Positions 47,580 through 56,915 of a stretch of DNA of 64,000 nucleotides are shown here, in pieces. The stretch's first letter is position 1. Every line of letters begins with the position of its first letter. Location of the stretch: positions 4,565 to 68,564 of the forward strand of contig CANJNY010000007.1 of NCBI GenBank assembly GCA_947475715.1, given 5' to 3'. Source of the stretch: Prolixibacteraceae bacterium (GTDB lineage Bacteria > Bacteroidota > Bacteroidia > Bacteroidales > Prolixibacteraceae). The notes beneath the pieces were generated by a model. That model was not told where the DNA came from. It searched no databases and was given only the letters and a program-made list of their open reading frames with translations. A program made the position numbers and the translations under genes.

Positions 47580-48440
47580 TTAGAAACCCATATTCTGAAT
47601 AGCTTCACCAACCTTTTCAAGCATCTTTTTTGGAGTCGAAGTGGCTCCACAGATACCGACTGATTCAATTTCGTTAAACCATTGCCTGTCCAGTTCTTCG
47701 ATTGAGGAGACAAATTTAGTGTTCGGATTTACGGATTGGCAAATTTCGAAAAGCATCTTACCATTTGAGCTTTTATGCCCGCTAACAAAAATAATCAGAG
47801 AATATCGACTGGCAAACTCTTTAATTACTGGAATCCTGTTCGAAACCTGTCGACAAATGGTGTCATTAATCTTAACAGGCGCATGGACTGCATTAATCTT
47901 TAACTGCCCGGCTAATTTATGAAACCCCTCCAGGTCTTTGGTGGTTTGCGCAAAAAGCTCAATCGGACGCGTAAAATCGATATTGCCAATCTCTGTAATA
48001 TCTTCAATAACAATTGCATTACCATCAGTCTGCCCCACAAGGCCATTGACTTCTGCATGTCCCCTCTTTCCATAAATGATTACCTGCCCGGATTGTAACC
48101 TCGAGGAATGATATCCCTGTCGAATGCGCTGCTGCAGTTTTAAAACGATCGGGCAGGTTGCATCGATGAGTTGAATATTATTCAGACGCGCATAGGCATA
48201 TGTTGAAGGAGGTTCACCATGTGCCCTTAACAAAACAGTAGCATCTTTCATGGTAAAGAAAACGGCATGGTCAATGGTGATCAACCCCATTTTTGACAGC
48301 CGGTTAACTTCCTCTTCATTATGAACAATATCCCCCAGACAATAAAGTTTATTTTGTTGATCAAGGAGCTCTTCCGCTTTTCGCACAGCTGCATCAACAC
48401 CAAAACAGAATCCCGAGTTTTTATCGATGGCTATTATCAT
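47580..48440 (-). CDS. ispH: 4-hydroxy-3-methylbut-2-enyl diphosphate reductase
   Basis: It has MIIAIDKNSGFCFGV, ...DATCP..., and ...HKSSNG typical LytB/IspH motifs with three cluster Cys. Confidence 0.93.
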   Translation of the reverse strand: MIIAIDKNSGFCFGVDAAVRKAEELLDQQNKLYCLGDIVHNEEEVNRLSKMGLITIDHAVFFTMKDATVLLRAHGEPPSTYAYARLNNIQLIDATCPIVLKLQQRIRQGYHSSRLQSGQVIIYGKRGHAEVNGLVGQTDGNAIVIEDITEIGNIDFTRPIELFAQTTKDLEGFHKLAGQLKINAVHAPVKINDTICRQVSNRIPVIKEFASRYSLIIFVSGHKSSNGKMLFEICQSVNPNTKFVSSIEELDRQWFNEIESVGICGATSTPKKMLEKVGEAIQNMGF

Positions 48441-48451
48441 CCCTTCTTAAT

Positions 48452-49147
48452 TCAGATTTTTGGAATCAGATTCATCACCCAGTCCAATTGTTCTTCCCTG
48501 GTCATATAGCTGTTGTCGAGCAAAACAGCATCTGTTGCCCTGCGTAAGGGGCTCTCATCCCGTGTTTCGTCATACCGGTCACGTTCCACGATATTTGCTC
48601 TGATCTGCTCATAACTTACCGTTTCACCTTTAGCTGTTAGCTCATCAAAACGGCGCTGAGCTCTCACATCGGGCAGGGCTGTCATAAATATTTTCAGCTC
48701 GGCTTCCGGAAATACGACAGTTCCGATATCCCTCCCATCCATCACAATTCCTTTTTCAATTCCCATCTCATGCTGAAGCGTCACAAGTAACTGGCGAACT
48801 TCAGCAACTGCAGCCACAGGGCTAACATTTTGAGAAACCTCAAGCAGGCGAATTTCGTCTTCAATATTTTCGCCATTAAGCCAGATGTCATTATGCTGGG
48901 TTTGTGAATTCATTCTGAAATAAACTTTGATTTTTGAAAGATCTGCCTTTAATTTTTCACGATCTACAATTCCGTTTTCAACGATATGATTTCGAAGTGC
49001 ATAGAGGGTGACCGCACGATACATCGCACCACTATCGATAAAAATATAGTTCAGTTTTCGGGCAAGCTCTCTGGCAACAGTGCTCTTTCCACAGGAGGAG
49101 TGACCATCGATTGCAATAACTATTTTACTGATAAGTGGATCCATCAT
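48452..49147 (-). CDS. cmk: (d)CMP kinase
   Basis: P-loop IAIDGHSSCGKSTVAREL, plus DSGAMYRA and DGRDIGTVVFP. Confidence 0.93.
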   Translation of the reverse strand: MMDPLISKIVIAIDGHSSCGKSTVARELARKLNYIFIDSGAMYRAVTLYALRNHIVENGIVDREKLKADLSKIKVYFRMNSQTQHNDIWLNGENIEDEIRLLEVSQNVSPVAAVAEVRQLLVTLQHEMGIEKGIVMDGRDIGTVVFPEAELKIFMTALPDVRAQRRFDELTAKGETVSYEQIRANIVERDRYDETRDESPLRRATDAVLLDNSYMTREEQLDWVMNLIPKI

Positions 49148-49174
49148 AGATTTTATTTCGGGGCAAAGATAATC

Positions 49175-50230
49175 TTAATGAACAAACTCCGAAAGGGTTG
49201 TGGTCAAAGATAAGTAATGGACTGTTGCGGCCAGATGAAAACTGGCTAAGCCGTAATTGATGTTAAACTTTCCTATTTTAACACCCAACCCGGCAGAATA
49301 ACCAACCAATCCTGGTCGGCTTTCGACTGAAAGTTCCTTGCGTCGCTGGTAATTATATCCCAAACGCAAAGTTACATGTTGTTCAGGTGAAAATTCAATA
49401 CCTAAAATAAGATGACGCATAAGCATCGAGGTGAAATTCTCGGAAGTAACAGTATCAGGCAGCGGGGCGCTTAACAGATCGTTATAGGCTAGATTCCACT
49501 TGTTCAGATGATCGAAAGTGACCAGAAAGTTAACCGGCGAATTAGTCAAACGCCTCGAGAATCCAAGCTGCATATTCCAGGGAAGATTCTCCCTTATTCC
49601 GTTTGGATAATAGGTTGTGATCTGACTTCCCATATTTCGGCCAACCCATGTAACAGATGTATGATGACTTTTTGATGTATAACTAATTCCCAGATCAGCC
49701 GCAATACCGTAGGAGTGATAACTCTCGAATGATGAAATGATTGGCTTAACATTTACACCGATTCTTAGCCGAGTGAGTATTTCCCTTGAATAAAACAGGT
49801 TTATCGCATATTCTGCAGCCTTAAATGTTCCTGTTAACTGTCCCGTTTCGGAGGCTCCATCGAATGATCCGTAATTGACAAAATGGATTCCGGCTGCAAA
49901 GGTGTTTCGCCCCATAAGGTTCGGAGCAAAAGCAGCATATCCAACTCCAATACCCGAGATATAACTCACGTAATTAACTGCGATTTGATTTCGCATCGAG
50001 TCAGTAAGCAATGAAGGATTGTAAAAAGGAAGTGTTATGTCTTTATCTGTAAGTGCGATCTGAGTTCCTCCCAACGAGGCTATTTTGGCGGAGTTGGTAA
50101 GATCGAGAAATTTATAAGTTCCGCTTCCTCCGATCTGACCAAAAACGGAGTTTCCAATAAACTGTAACACCAGAAAAATAACCAGATTAATTTTCAACAA
50201 CTTGCAGTAACTGATTTTTGCCTCTTGCAT
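49175..50230 (-). CDS. porQ: PorQ-like type IX secretion outer-membrane beta-barrel protein
   Basis: 351 aa with a signal peptide and a beta-barrel-like alternating pattern. The N-terminal GGSGTYKFLDLTNSAKIASLGG and the position beside cmk-ispH are as I recall for porQ in other Bacteroidota. The family call is from memory. Confidence 0.55.
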   Translation of the reverse strand: MQEAKISYCKLLKINLVIFLVLQFIGNSVFGQIGGSGTYKFLDLTNSAKIASLGGTQIALTDKDITLPFYNPSLLTDSMRNQIAVNYVSYISGIGVGYAAFAPNLMGRNTFAAGIHFVNYGSFDGASETGQLTGTFKAAEYAINLFYSREILTRLRIGVNVKPIISSFESYHSYGIAADLGISYTSKSHHTSVTWVGRNMGSQITTYYPNGIRENLPWNMQLGFSRRLTNSPVNFLVTFDHLNKWNLAYNDLLSAPLPDTVTSENFTSMLMRHLILGIEFSPEQHVTLRLGYNYQRRKELSVESRPGLVGYSAGLGVKIGKFNINYGLASFHLAATVHYLSLTTTLSEFVH

Positions 50231-50279
50231 TTTGCATTTTAGAATTTTTATTCCGTTGATGTAATCCTGATCTGAAACA

Positions 50280-50771
50280 CTAAAGATCCTCTTTTTTTAG
50301 TCGTTCAACCACCTCATAAACAATTGGACAAAGCTCCCTGTTTTTCATGGTGAGGTCAAGCAGCTGATAGAACCTTCGACGGTCGGTGTGTGGATATTCA
50401 CGACATGCCTTGGGGCGGTATTCATAAATCATACAATAATTATCAGCCCCAAGGAATGGGCACGGAGTTTGGTTAAAAACATAGAAATTATCCTCATCCA
50501 GATGAAGATAATTTGCTATAAAATCAACCTCTTTCATCTTCTGCTTGTGGGCAATACGTTCAATATCCTTGACGGTGACTATTGGACTAATTGTTTTACA
50601 GCAATTTGCACATGAAAGACAATTAAAATTGTCCGAAACCTTGTCGTGTAAACGGTGGGTGATATCATCAAGTTGTTTGGGTTTCTTCCGTTTTAATCTA
50701 TTAAAAAAAACGGTAGTCTCCTCCTGGTTCTGCTGTGCAAGCGCTTTTACGTTTTTATTATCTGCCTCCAT
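50280..50771 (-). CDS. YkgJ-family (UPF0153) cysteine-cluster protein
   Basis: It has CLSCANCCK ... CPFL...NYCMIYEYRPKACREYP. The start overlaps the upstream DMT gene by 14 nt. Confidence 0.8.
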   Translation of the reverse strand: MEADNKNVKALAQQNQEETTVFFNRLKRKKPKQLDDITHRLHDKVSDNFNCLSCANCCKTISPIVTVKDIERIAHKQKMKEVDFIANYLHLDEDNFYVFNQTPCPFLGADNYCMIYEYRPKACREYPHTDRRRFYQLLDLTMKNRELCPIVYEVVERLKKEDL

Positions 50772-51684
50772 CTTGTTGAATTGAAACTAATCTGGATATA
50801 AATTTTTTCATTTTTAGCTGTGCAATGAAAAGACCGGTAATTACAACAGCAATTCCCGCTAATTTTCTAAAAGTCAAAGGTTCACCAAGTAAATACCATG
50901 CAAAAATGGCAGTCAATACAGGAATGATGTTGATAAATATGTTGGCATTGTTCATCCCTAATCTTTTCAGACTAAAGGTATAAAGTATAAAGGCAAAACA
51001 GGATGCAAAAAGGGCCAGCTCTCCGATAGCAAAAAATGCCTGAAGGTCAAAAGGGGTATTAAACAGGGTTTTACTTTCAAAAATAAGCCAAAGGGGAAAA
51101 AAGAAAAAAATTCCGATCAGATTCTGCCACGTTATAATTGTAGTGGCATTATATTTAATTGATAGATCTTTTAAAACAACGGTATATGAAATAGCGGCAA
51201 ATACGGCAAGAAATTCGAGGGCAATTCCCAGAGGGGAGATAATAAAATTCACCGAATCATCAAAGACAACTATTGCGACCCCAATAAACGAGAGGATAAT
51301 TCCTAAAAAAGTTCTCATTGAAAGTTGTTCCCCATGAAACCGGGAAGCAGCCAATGGTGAGAAAAGAGGAATAGTCGATATAATAATCGCCCCCATCGTA
51401 CTGGAGATATATTTTAATCCAAAACTTTCACCAATAAAATAGAGGAAAGGTTCAAAAAAAGCCAGTAATATAAAGGCACGGTAGTCTTTTTTCTCAATAG
51501 CCAACAAATTACTGCTTATCCATCCGTAACCAACCATGAGAACAGTAGCTATAATAAGCCGAAAGAAAACGGTAGTCAAAGGTCCATACGAAAGGTACGC
51601 CTGTTTAATCCAGACAAACGACAAGGCCCAGAAAACCATGGCAAAAAACAATGCAAGATAGACGATCCCTTTTTTTTGTTTCAT
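50758..51684 (-). CDS. DMT-superfamily (EamA) transporter
   Basis: Ten-TM pattern with two EamA-like halves. ATG at 51682-51684 (MKQKKGIVYLALFF); the track start at 51705 is a TTG. Confidence 0.85.
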   Translation of the reverse strand: MKQKKGIVYLALFFAMVFWALSFVWIKQAYLSYGPLTTVFFRLIIATVLMVGYGWISSNLLAIEKKDYRAFILLAFFEPFLYFIGESFGLKYISSTMGAIIISTIPLFSPLAASRFHGEQLSMRTFLGIILSFIGVAIVVFDDSVNFIISPLGIALEFLAVFAAISYTVVLKDLSIKYNATTIITWQNLIGIFFFFPLWLIFESKTLFNTPFDLQAFFAIGELALFASCFAFILYTFSLKRLGMNNANIFINIIPVLTAIFAWYLLGEPLTFRKLAGIAVVITGLFIAQLKMKKFISRLVSIQQDGGR

Positions 51685-51945
51685 TCCAATAAATTTGAGG
51701 CACAAAAGTAGGATAAATAATCGGAGCGAAATTGAACTAAGGATATAATTGTCAGCATTGCTCTGAAAAATAAGTTGCTGGCTGCAGACAAATAGCTATT
51801 CTGGAAATAATACATTTCGGCCTGATTTAAAGATCATCCTCTTAAAGCCTTTAACCGGCAGCAGATATCCTTTGCGGATTGTCAGCTGCAGGTTAAAACT
51901 TCAATTACATAATTCGTTTATTTGGCCTCAAACGAATAATTCCCG

Positions 51946-52761
51946 CTATTTCTTCAATACTTTAGCAAAAAACATCTTCATATCATTCCATGAATCTTCA
52001 TCCGCCTTTTGATTGTATTCAATGGGCAAGTTAAACTTTTTACCTGTTGCTGTTGATCCCGGGTTGGTAAAAGCATGTGTGGCATTTGAATAGACAATGA
52101 ATTTATAACTCGCCCCAATCGAATCGAGCTGCTGTTTAAAACCGGAAATATCACTTTCAGAAACAAACTTATCGTTAATGCCATGACAAACCAATATTTT
52201 TGCCTTCAACAGTGCTTTATTGGCTGGCACACCGGCAAGCCCTCCGTGAAAACTGACAACGCCAAGCAGATCGGCACCTAACTTTGCAGAATTCAGCACC
52301 ACTGAACCACCAAAACAATAACCGATTGCAAATACTTCATGCGCATTGCACTGCCCGTAACTTTTAAGTTTTGCAAGGGCAGCATCCAGGTTTACTTTAC
52401 CAAGACTGGGATCTTTATAGAACGGCGTTGCAAGTTCTTTTGCTTCTGTCGGATTAGTGGCGAGTTTACCTGCACCATACATGTCAACTGCCATAGCGAT
52501 ATAACCCAGCTCAGCCAGTTGTCTTGCACGCTTAACAGAATATTCATCAAAACCCCACCATTCGTGGACAACCAAAATTGCAGGTCGTTTTCCTTTCAGA
52601 TTCTCATCATAAACAATAACCCCATTGAATGTATTATTTCCCACCGTATAGGTCACTTTGTCTTCCTTTATTTTGGACAATGCTGACGGTCCACCAAAAC
52701 CAGAGTTAACGGCAATCATCGTGAAAACAGTTAAAAATAATATGCCAATTTTAAGTTTCAT
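51946..52761 (-). CDS. Dienelactone hydrolase-family protein, secreted
   Basis: Signal peptide, then VVHEWWG, the nucleophile elbow GYCFGG, and a late HG..D / H motif (SNATHAF). Confidence 0.85.
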   Translation of the reverse strand: MKLKIGILFLTVFTMIAVNSGFGGPSALSKIKEDKVTYTVGNNTFNGVIVYDENLKGKRPAILVVHEWWGFDEYSVKRARQLAELGYIAMAVDMYGAGKLATNPTEAKELATPFYKDPSLGKVNLDAALAKLKSYGQCNAHEVFAIGYCFGGSVVLNSAKLGADLLGVVSFHGGLAGVPANKALLKAKILVCHGINDKFVSESDISGFKQQLDSIGASYKFIVYSNATHAFTNPGSTATGKKFNLPIEYNQKADEDSWNDMKMFFAKVLKK

Positions 52762-52998
52762 AATTTACAAAATTTTAATGGTTATAAAGGGTTAACACCC
52801 GAATTGGACAATAGTTCAAATAAATTTCAGATTTTAAACCCCCGGTAAAACCAGCTACATTTCTTCGCTTAAAGAAAACGGAATATTATCTTTGCTGATC
52901 GCCGGATAATGTCTTTAAAATTGATAGGTCATCGTAAAACCAATGTCATATAACTAAATATTTATAAAATTAAAAAACTTTTTAACGATACAATATTT

Positions 52999-53691
52999 AT
53001 GATCCGAATCCTGATTATTTGCTTAACCGGGCTGATTTTTAATCTGCAACCACTAATGGCTCAGGAAACCGTTTCGTTGCCGGACCTTCCGGTGGAATCC
53101 TCAATTTCGCACGGCTCACAGGATAAACTGATCATTTACATAACCGGCGACGGGGGCTGGAATAGTTTTAACAGACAAATGGTACATCAGATTGAACAAC
53201 TTGGCTATGGAGTGGTCGCGCTCAACAGCAGGAAATATTTCTGGAGCGGGAAATCACCAGAGATATTTGCAAGGGATATCGAACAACTTGCAACGAATTA
53301 TCTCAAATTGTGGAACAAATCAGCCCTGATTATTATCGGGTATTCGTTTGGTGCTGATGTAGTGAGTTTTCTCCCGGGTCGGCTCTCTTCGGAACTGAAA
53401 AATAAAATTAAACACATTGCCCTGATCTCCCCCTCGGCAAGTACCGATTTTGTGATACGCCTCAGCGATCTGGTGGGCAAGACAGAGAATTTAAATTGTC
53501 GTTACAAGGTGAAACCGGAAGTTGATCAGATTGAATTACCGGTAATTTGCACCTTTGGAAAAGATGAAGAGAAGGTCCTCAAAAAAACCTTAATAATCAG
53601 GAAGAACATCACAGTGGTATTACTCCCCGGAGATCACCGTTACAATGAAAATTTTCAGTCGCTTGCAAGAAATATTGGGTTACGAAAATAA
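52999..53691 (+). CDS. AcvB/VirJ-like alpha/beta hydrolase-family protein
   Basis: 230 aa with a signal peptide. It has IYITGDGGW and GYSFGADV (GxSxG-type elbow), as in the VirJ C-terminal domain. Confidence 0.55.
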   Translation: MIRILIICLTGLIFNLQPLMAQETVSLPDLPVESSISHGSQDKLIIYITGDGGWNSFNRQMVHQIEQLGYGVVALNSRKYFWSGKSPEIFARDIEQLATNYLKLWNKSALIIIGYSFGADVVSFLPGRLSSELKNKIKHIALISPSASTDFVIRLSDLVGKTENLNCRYKVKPEVDQIELPVICTFGKDEEKVLKKTLIIRKNITVVLLPGDHRYNENFQSLARNIGLRK

Positions 53692-53711
53692 CAATTTAAC
53701 AATAATTATTT

Positions 53712-54368
53712 TTAGCAGAATCCTTCGGGATCCCGAAATAAAAAATTTTGTACGGGCATATAGATCACCTTCTTGGACTGAAAGGATCGTTCATTAAAGA
53801 ATCGGGAGATTTCGAAAACCTCTATATCTTTTTTAAAATCGATGATTTCATCATCGAAACTCCCACTTTTAAGGTATATAAGACCGTTTGGTCGTGAATT
53901 TTTAGAGTTGCAGGAGATATTCTTCATCACCATATTAACAAGAGCTGGAAATGCTGCCACTGCTCTGGAAATCACAAAATCATATTGTTCAAAATCATCT
54001 TCTATCTTAACACGGGTAGCTGTAGCATTTTTCAGATCGAGTGTCTGTATAATGGATTTTACAGCCTGAATTCGTTTCTGCATCGAATCGACCAGTGTGA
54101 AAGAACAGGATGGAAACAGAATGGCCAGCGGAATCCCCGGAAAGCCACCCCCTGTTCCTACATCAAGGATTTTACTGCCCGGTTTGAAATTCACCAATTT
54201 CGATATTGACATTGAATGCAGAATATGTTCTTCGCAAAAAGAATACATCTCTCTTCTGGGAAAGATTTTAAATATTTTATTCAAACCAGGATAAATGGAA
54301 TCTAGTTTCTCTAATCGAATAATCTGCTCGCGAGATAACCCGGGGTAATATTTTGATATTATTTGCAT
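53712..54368 (-). CDS. rsmG: 16S rRNA (guanine527-N7)-methyltransferase
   Basis: SAM motif ILDVGTGGGFPGIPLAILFP and GidB-like length. Confidence 0.9.
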   Translation of the reverse strand: MQIISKYYPGLSREQIIRLEKLDSIYPGLNKIFKIFPRREMYSFCEEHILHSMSISKLVNFKPGSKILDVGTGGGFPGIPLAILFPSCSFTLVDSMQKRIQAVKSIIQTLDLKNATATRVKIEDDFEQYDFVISRAVAAFPALVNMVMKNISCNSKNSRPNGLIYLKSGSFDDEIIDFKKDIEVFEISRFFNERSFQSKKVIYMPVQNFLFRDPEGFC

Positions 54369-54386
54369 ACCACCTTCAATATAAGC

Positions 54387-54998
54387 TTAGCAGCTCCCTA
54401 TTTCACTCTTATTCAAAATTCGATAAAGTAATTTGCGTGACCGGAATAATTTAACCTTAATGGCTCCAATTGGCATTTTCAGTTTAGATGCCATCTCTGA
54501 GTAACTATATTGCTCAAAATAGTGCATCTCCAGTACAATCCGATATTGCGGCTCCAGGTTGGAAACTAGTTTACGAATAAGCGCTGCATTATCCTTCCTG
54601 ATTAATAGTTCCTCGGGATTGTCCAGCGATGACCTGTCCAGTATTTTTTTAAAATCATTTACCGGATTTCGGATGTCTCCAGCCAAATCTATCTGAAAAC
54701 TGTCCGTGATCTTTTTTCGGCGTAAATGATCGACAGCATGGTTATGTGCAATACTGAACAGCCATGCACTGAAGGGATATTGCAAATGGTATTGGTGAAG
54801 GTTAAGAAATGCCTTTTCGAATGACTCATCGGTAAGGTCTTTTGCAACTGTTTTAATATTTACCATTCGGAGAATCATGAAATAAATTGCTCCGGCATAA
54901 CATTTCTTTAGTTGTACATATGCTTTTTCATCACCTGTACGTATAGCCATTATTAGACTTCCATCGCGGATGGAGATTTCTGACAGTGCAGGTTTCAT
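54387..54998 (-). CDS. ECF-type sigma-70 family factor (no adjacent anti-sigma gene)
   Basis: Region 2 reads FSAWLFSIAHNHAVDHLRRKK. Region 4 reads PQYRIVLEMHYFEQYSYSEMASKLKMPIGAIKVKLFRSRKLL. Confidence 0.8.
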   Translation of the reverse strand: MKPALSEISIRDGSLIMAIRTGDEKAYVQLKKCYAGAIYFMILRMVNIKTVAKDLTDESFEKAFLNLHQYHLQYPFSAWLFSIAHNHAVDHLRRKKITDSFQIDLAGDIRNPVNDFKKILDRSSLDNPEELLIRKDNAALIRKLVSNLEPQYRIVLEMHYFEQYSYSEMASKLKMPIGAIKVKLFRSRKLLYRILNKSEIGSC

Positions 54999-55059
54999 CG
55001 TAATTTTATAATTTGAAAACTTTAACAGCCTAAAATTACATCACACCTACGGCTTGATT

Positions 55060-55120
55060 CGGATAATAAACGGTTACTTCCGATTCTAATCGTTTATTAT
55101 CGGTTAAAAACGGATAATAA
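55060..55120. repeat. Three copies of a GATAATAA(ACG) motif (+,-,+) upstream of the ECF sigma gene
   Basis: The copies are CGGATAATAAACG (55060-55072), CGTTTATTATCGG (55091-55103, the reverse complement of CCGATAATAAACG) and CGGATAATAA (55111-55120). Copies 1 and 2 form an 11-bp perfect inverted repeat with an 18-bp spacer. Confidence 0.45.
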
Positions 55121-55349
55121 TTTAAACACCCTATCGTTTTTTTCTGTATATTAGTGAAATGAAACATTCATCAACAGTTTCCTGCCAAAGAAGATGAGCT
55201 GTCAGCTGACGAAGGGGGTTTCCCAGATGGATCGGGGGAATTAAGTGGCCGCTTAAAATTAATGTATTTTCAAATGAAAGTATAAATCAACGTGATGGAA
55301 CTATTTCTGAAAAATATTATATTATGTAATCCTCTCAAATAAACAAATT

Positions 55350-55730
55350 ATGGAAAATCGTAAATGTCTCGAATGCTATGAGCAGCTTAGAGGTCGTGCA
55401 GACCAGAAATTTTGCAGTGACCAATGCCGGAGTGCATATAATAACAGGCAATACCTTGACACACACAATGTTATTAACGCCGTTAATCGCATTCTTAAAA
55501 AGAACTATTTTATCCTCTCATCGCTACAATCAGAGGGTAAGTATACTACTTCCAAAATCGATTTACAGAGAAAAGGGTATCGTTTTGATTATTTCACATG
55601 TACCAGTACTTCCAGATCCAATCGGGTCAACTATTATTGCTACGATCAGGGTTATCATGAAAATGAGAATAATAAAATAACGCTTGTAAAACAACCGTTA
55701 AAAGATAACCATCAGGAAATGATACACTGA
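55350..55730 (+). CDS. Hypothetical protein with an N-terminal CxxC...CxxxC zinc-ribbon-like motif
   Basis: 126 aa starting MENRKCLECYEQLRGRADQKFCSDQCRSAYNN. I cannot name a family confidently. Confidence 0.5.
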   Translation: MENRKCLECYEQLRGRADQKFCSDQCRSAYNNRQYLDTHNVINAVNRILKKNYFILSSLQSEGKYTTSKIDLQRKGYRFDYFTCTSTSRSNRVNYYCYDQGYHENENNKITLVKQPLKDNHQEMIH

Positions 55731-55830
55731 TTTGATATTTACTATTACTTGGCTCCCATAGAACTACATTGTGGTGCATCTTTGTAAACTATGGAAGCTA
55801 ATTGTTTGCGGATGGAGAATATTGACTGTT

Positions 55831-56889
55831 TTATTCTCTGCGGAACAAAAACATCCAGCTATCGTCCAATTCATCCGACCTTATAAGGTTTCCGTCAAAC
55901 ACAGGAGCTTTTACCCCATGGTGAAAAACATTTTTCCCGGTAAAAACCCGCGCTTCATCCCAGATACTACTTTTGATAAAAGATTCGAGCAGTTTTTGCC
56001 CCCCTTCGACAATAAGGGATAGAATACCTCGTAAATACAAATCTGAAAGTATCTGATTGATCTCACTCCCATCAAATACGACTCTCTTATATTCCAGGTT
56101 CGGGGAGTTGGGCATCTCCCTGGAGGTATAAACGATGGTGGGCTCACCCTGATCGAATAGAGTCAACCAATCAGGAAGTTTACCTTCTCTGTCAATTACA
56201 AGTCTTAAGGGGTGCTTGCCGCTCCAATCGCGAACCGTCAGCGATGGATTATCTTTCTTCGCGGTATTGGTCCCTACCAGAATAGCCGATTCATCGGTGC
56301 GCATTTTGTGAACGGCAATTCTCGACAAGTCGTTGGTAATCCATGTTGGCTGACCGTAATGTTCGGCAGAACGGTCGATATCGATAAATCCATCGGCCGT
56401 TTGCGCCCATTTCAAAATAATGAAAGGTCTTCTTTTTTCATGGAAGGTAAAAAACCGCCGATTTAATTCAATACATTTCTCTTCACAACAGCCTTCAATT
56501 ACCTGGCAACCTCCATCCCGAAGTTTGCGGATCCCCTTGCCCGCCACCTGGGCAAAAGGATCAAAAGTGCCAACAACGACTCTAGGAATGCGATGATGAA
56601 GAATAAGATCGGCACAGGGTGGAGTTTTGCCGTGATGGGAGCACGGCTCAAGGGTGACATAAATGGTCGATTCACTCAATAATTCCTGATTTTTGACCCG
56701 GTTAACAGCATTTACCTCAGCGTGTGCCTTCCCATATTCTGCATGATAACCTTCGCCAATAACAACACCATTATAAACAATTACGCACCCAACCATGGGA
56801 TTAGGGGAAACTGATCCCATTCCTAAACGGGCGAGTTCAATAGCACGCATCATAAATTTTTCATCCACATCAAACTGCCGTCCCATCAT
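55831..56889 (-). CDS. ribD: Bifunctional riboflavin biosynthesis deaminase/reductase
   Basis: Deaminase zinc motifs HAEVNA and PCSHHGKTPPC, with a C-terminal reductase domain. Confidence 0.95.
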   Translation of the reverse strand: MMGRQFDVDEKFMMRAIELARLGMGSVSPNPMVGCVIVYNGVVIGEGYHAEYGKAHAEVNAVNRVKNQELLSESTIYVTLEPCSHHGKTPPCADLILHHRIPRVVVGTFDPFAQVAGKGIRKLRDGGCQVIEGCCEEKCIELNRRFFTFHEKRRPFIILKWAQTADGFIDIDRSAEHYGQPTWITNDLSRIAVHKMRTDESAILVGTNTAKKDNPSLTVRDWSGKHPLRLVIDREGKLPDWLTLFDQGEPTIVYTSREMPNSPNLEYKRVVFDGSEINQILSDLYLRGILSLIVEGGQKLLESFIKSSIWDEARVFTGKNVFHHGVKAPVFDGNLIRSDELDDSWMFLFRRE

Positions 56890-56915
56890 CCGCTTTGTTT
56901 ATCTTTGTAAAAAAA

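Noticed and set aside
55378-55680. 100-aa ORF overlapping the zinc-ribbon ORF in another frame
   Set aside because: It is fully nested in the 126-aa ORF, which has the more protein-like sequence (a Cys4 motif). There is no independent support.
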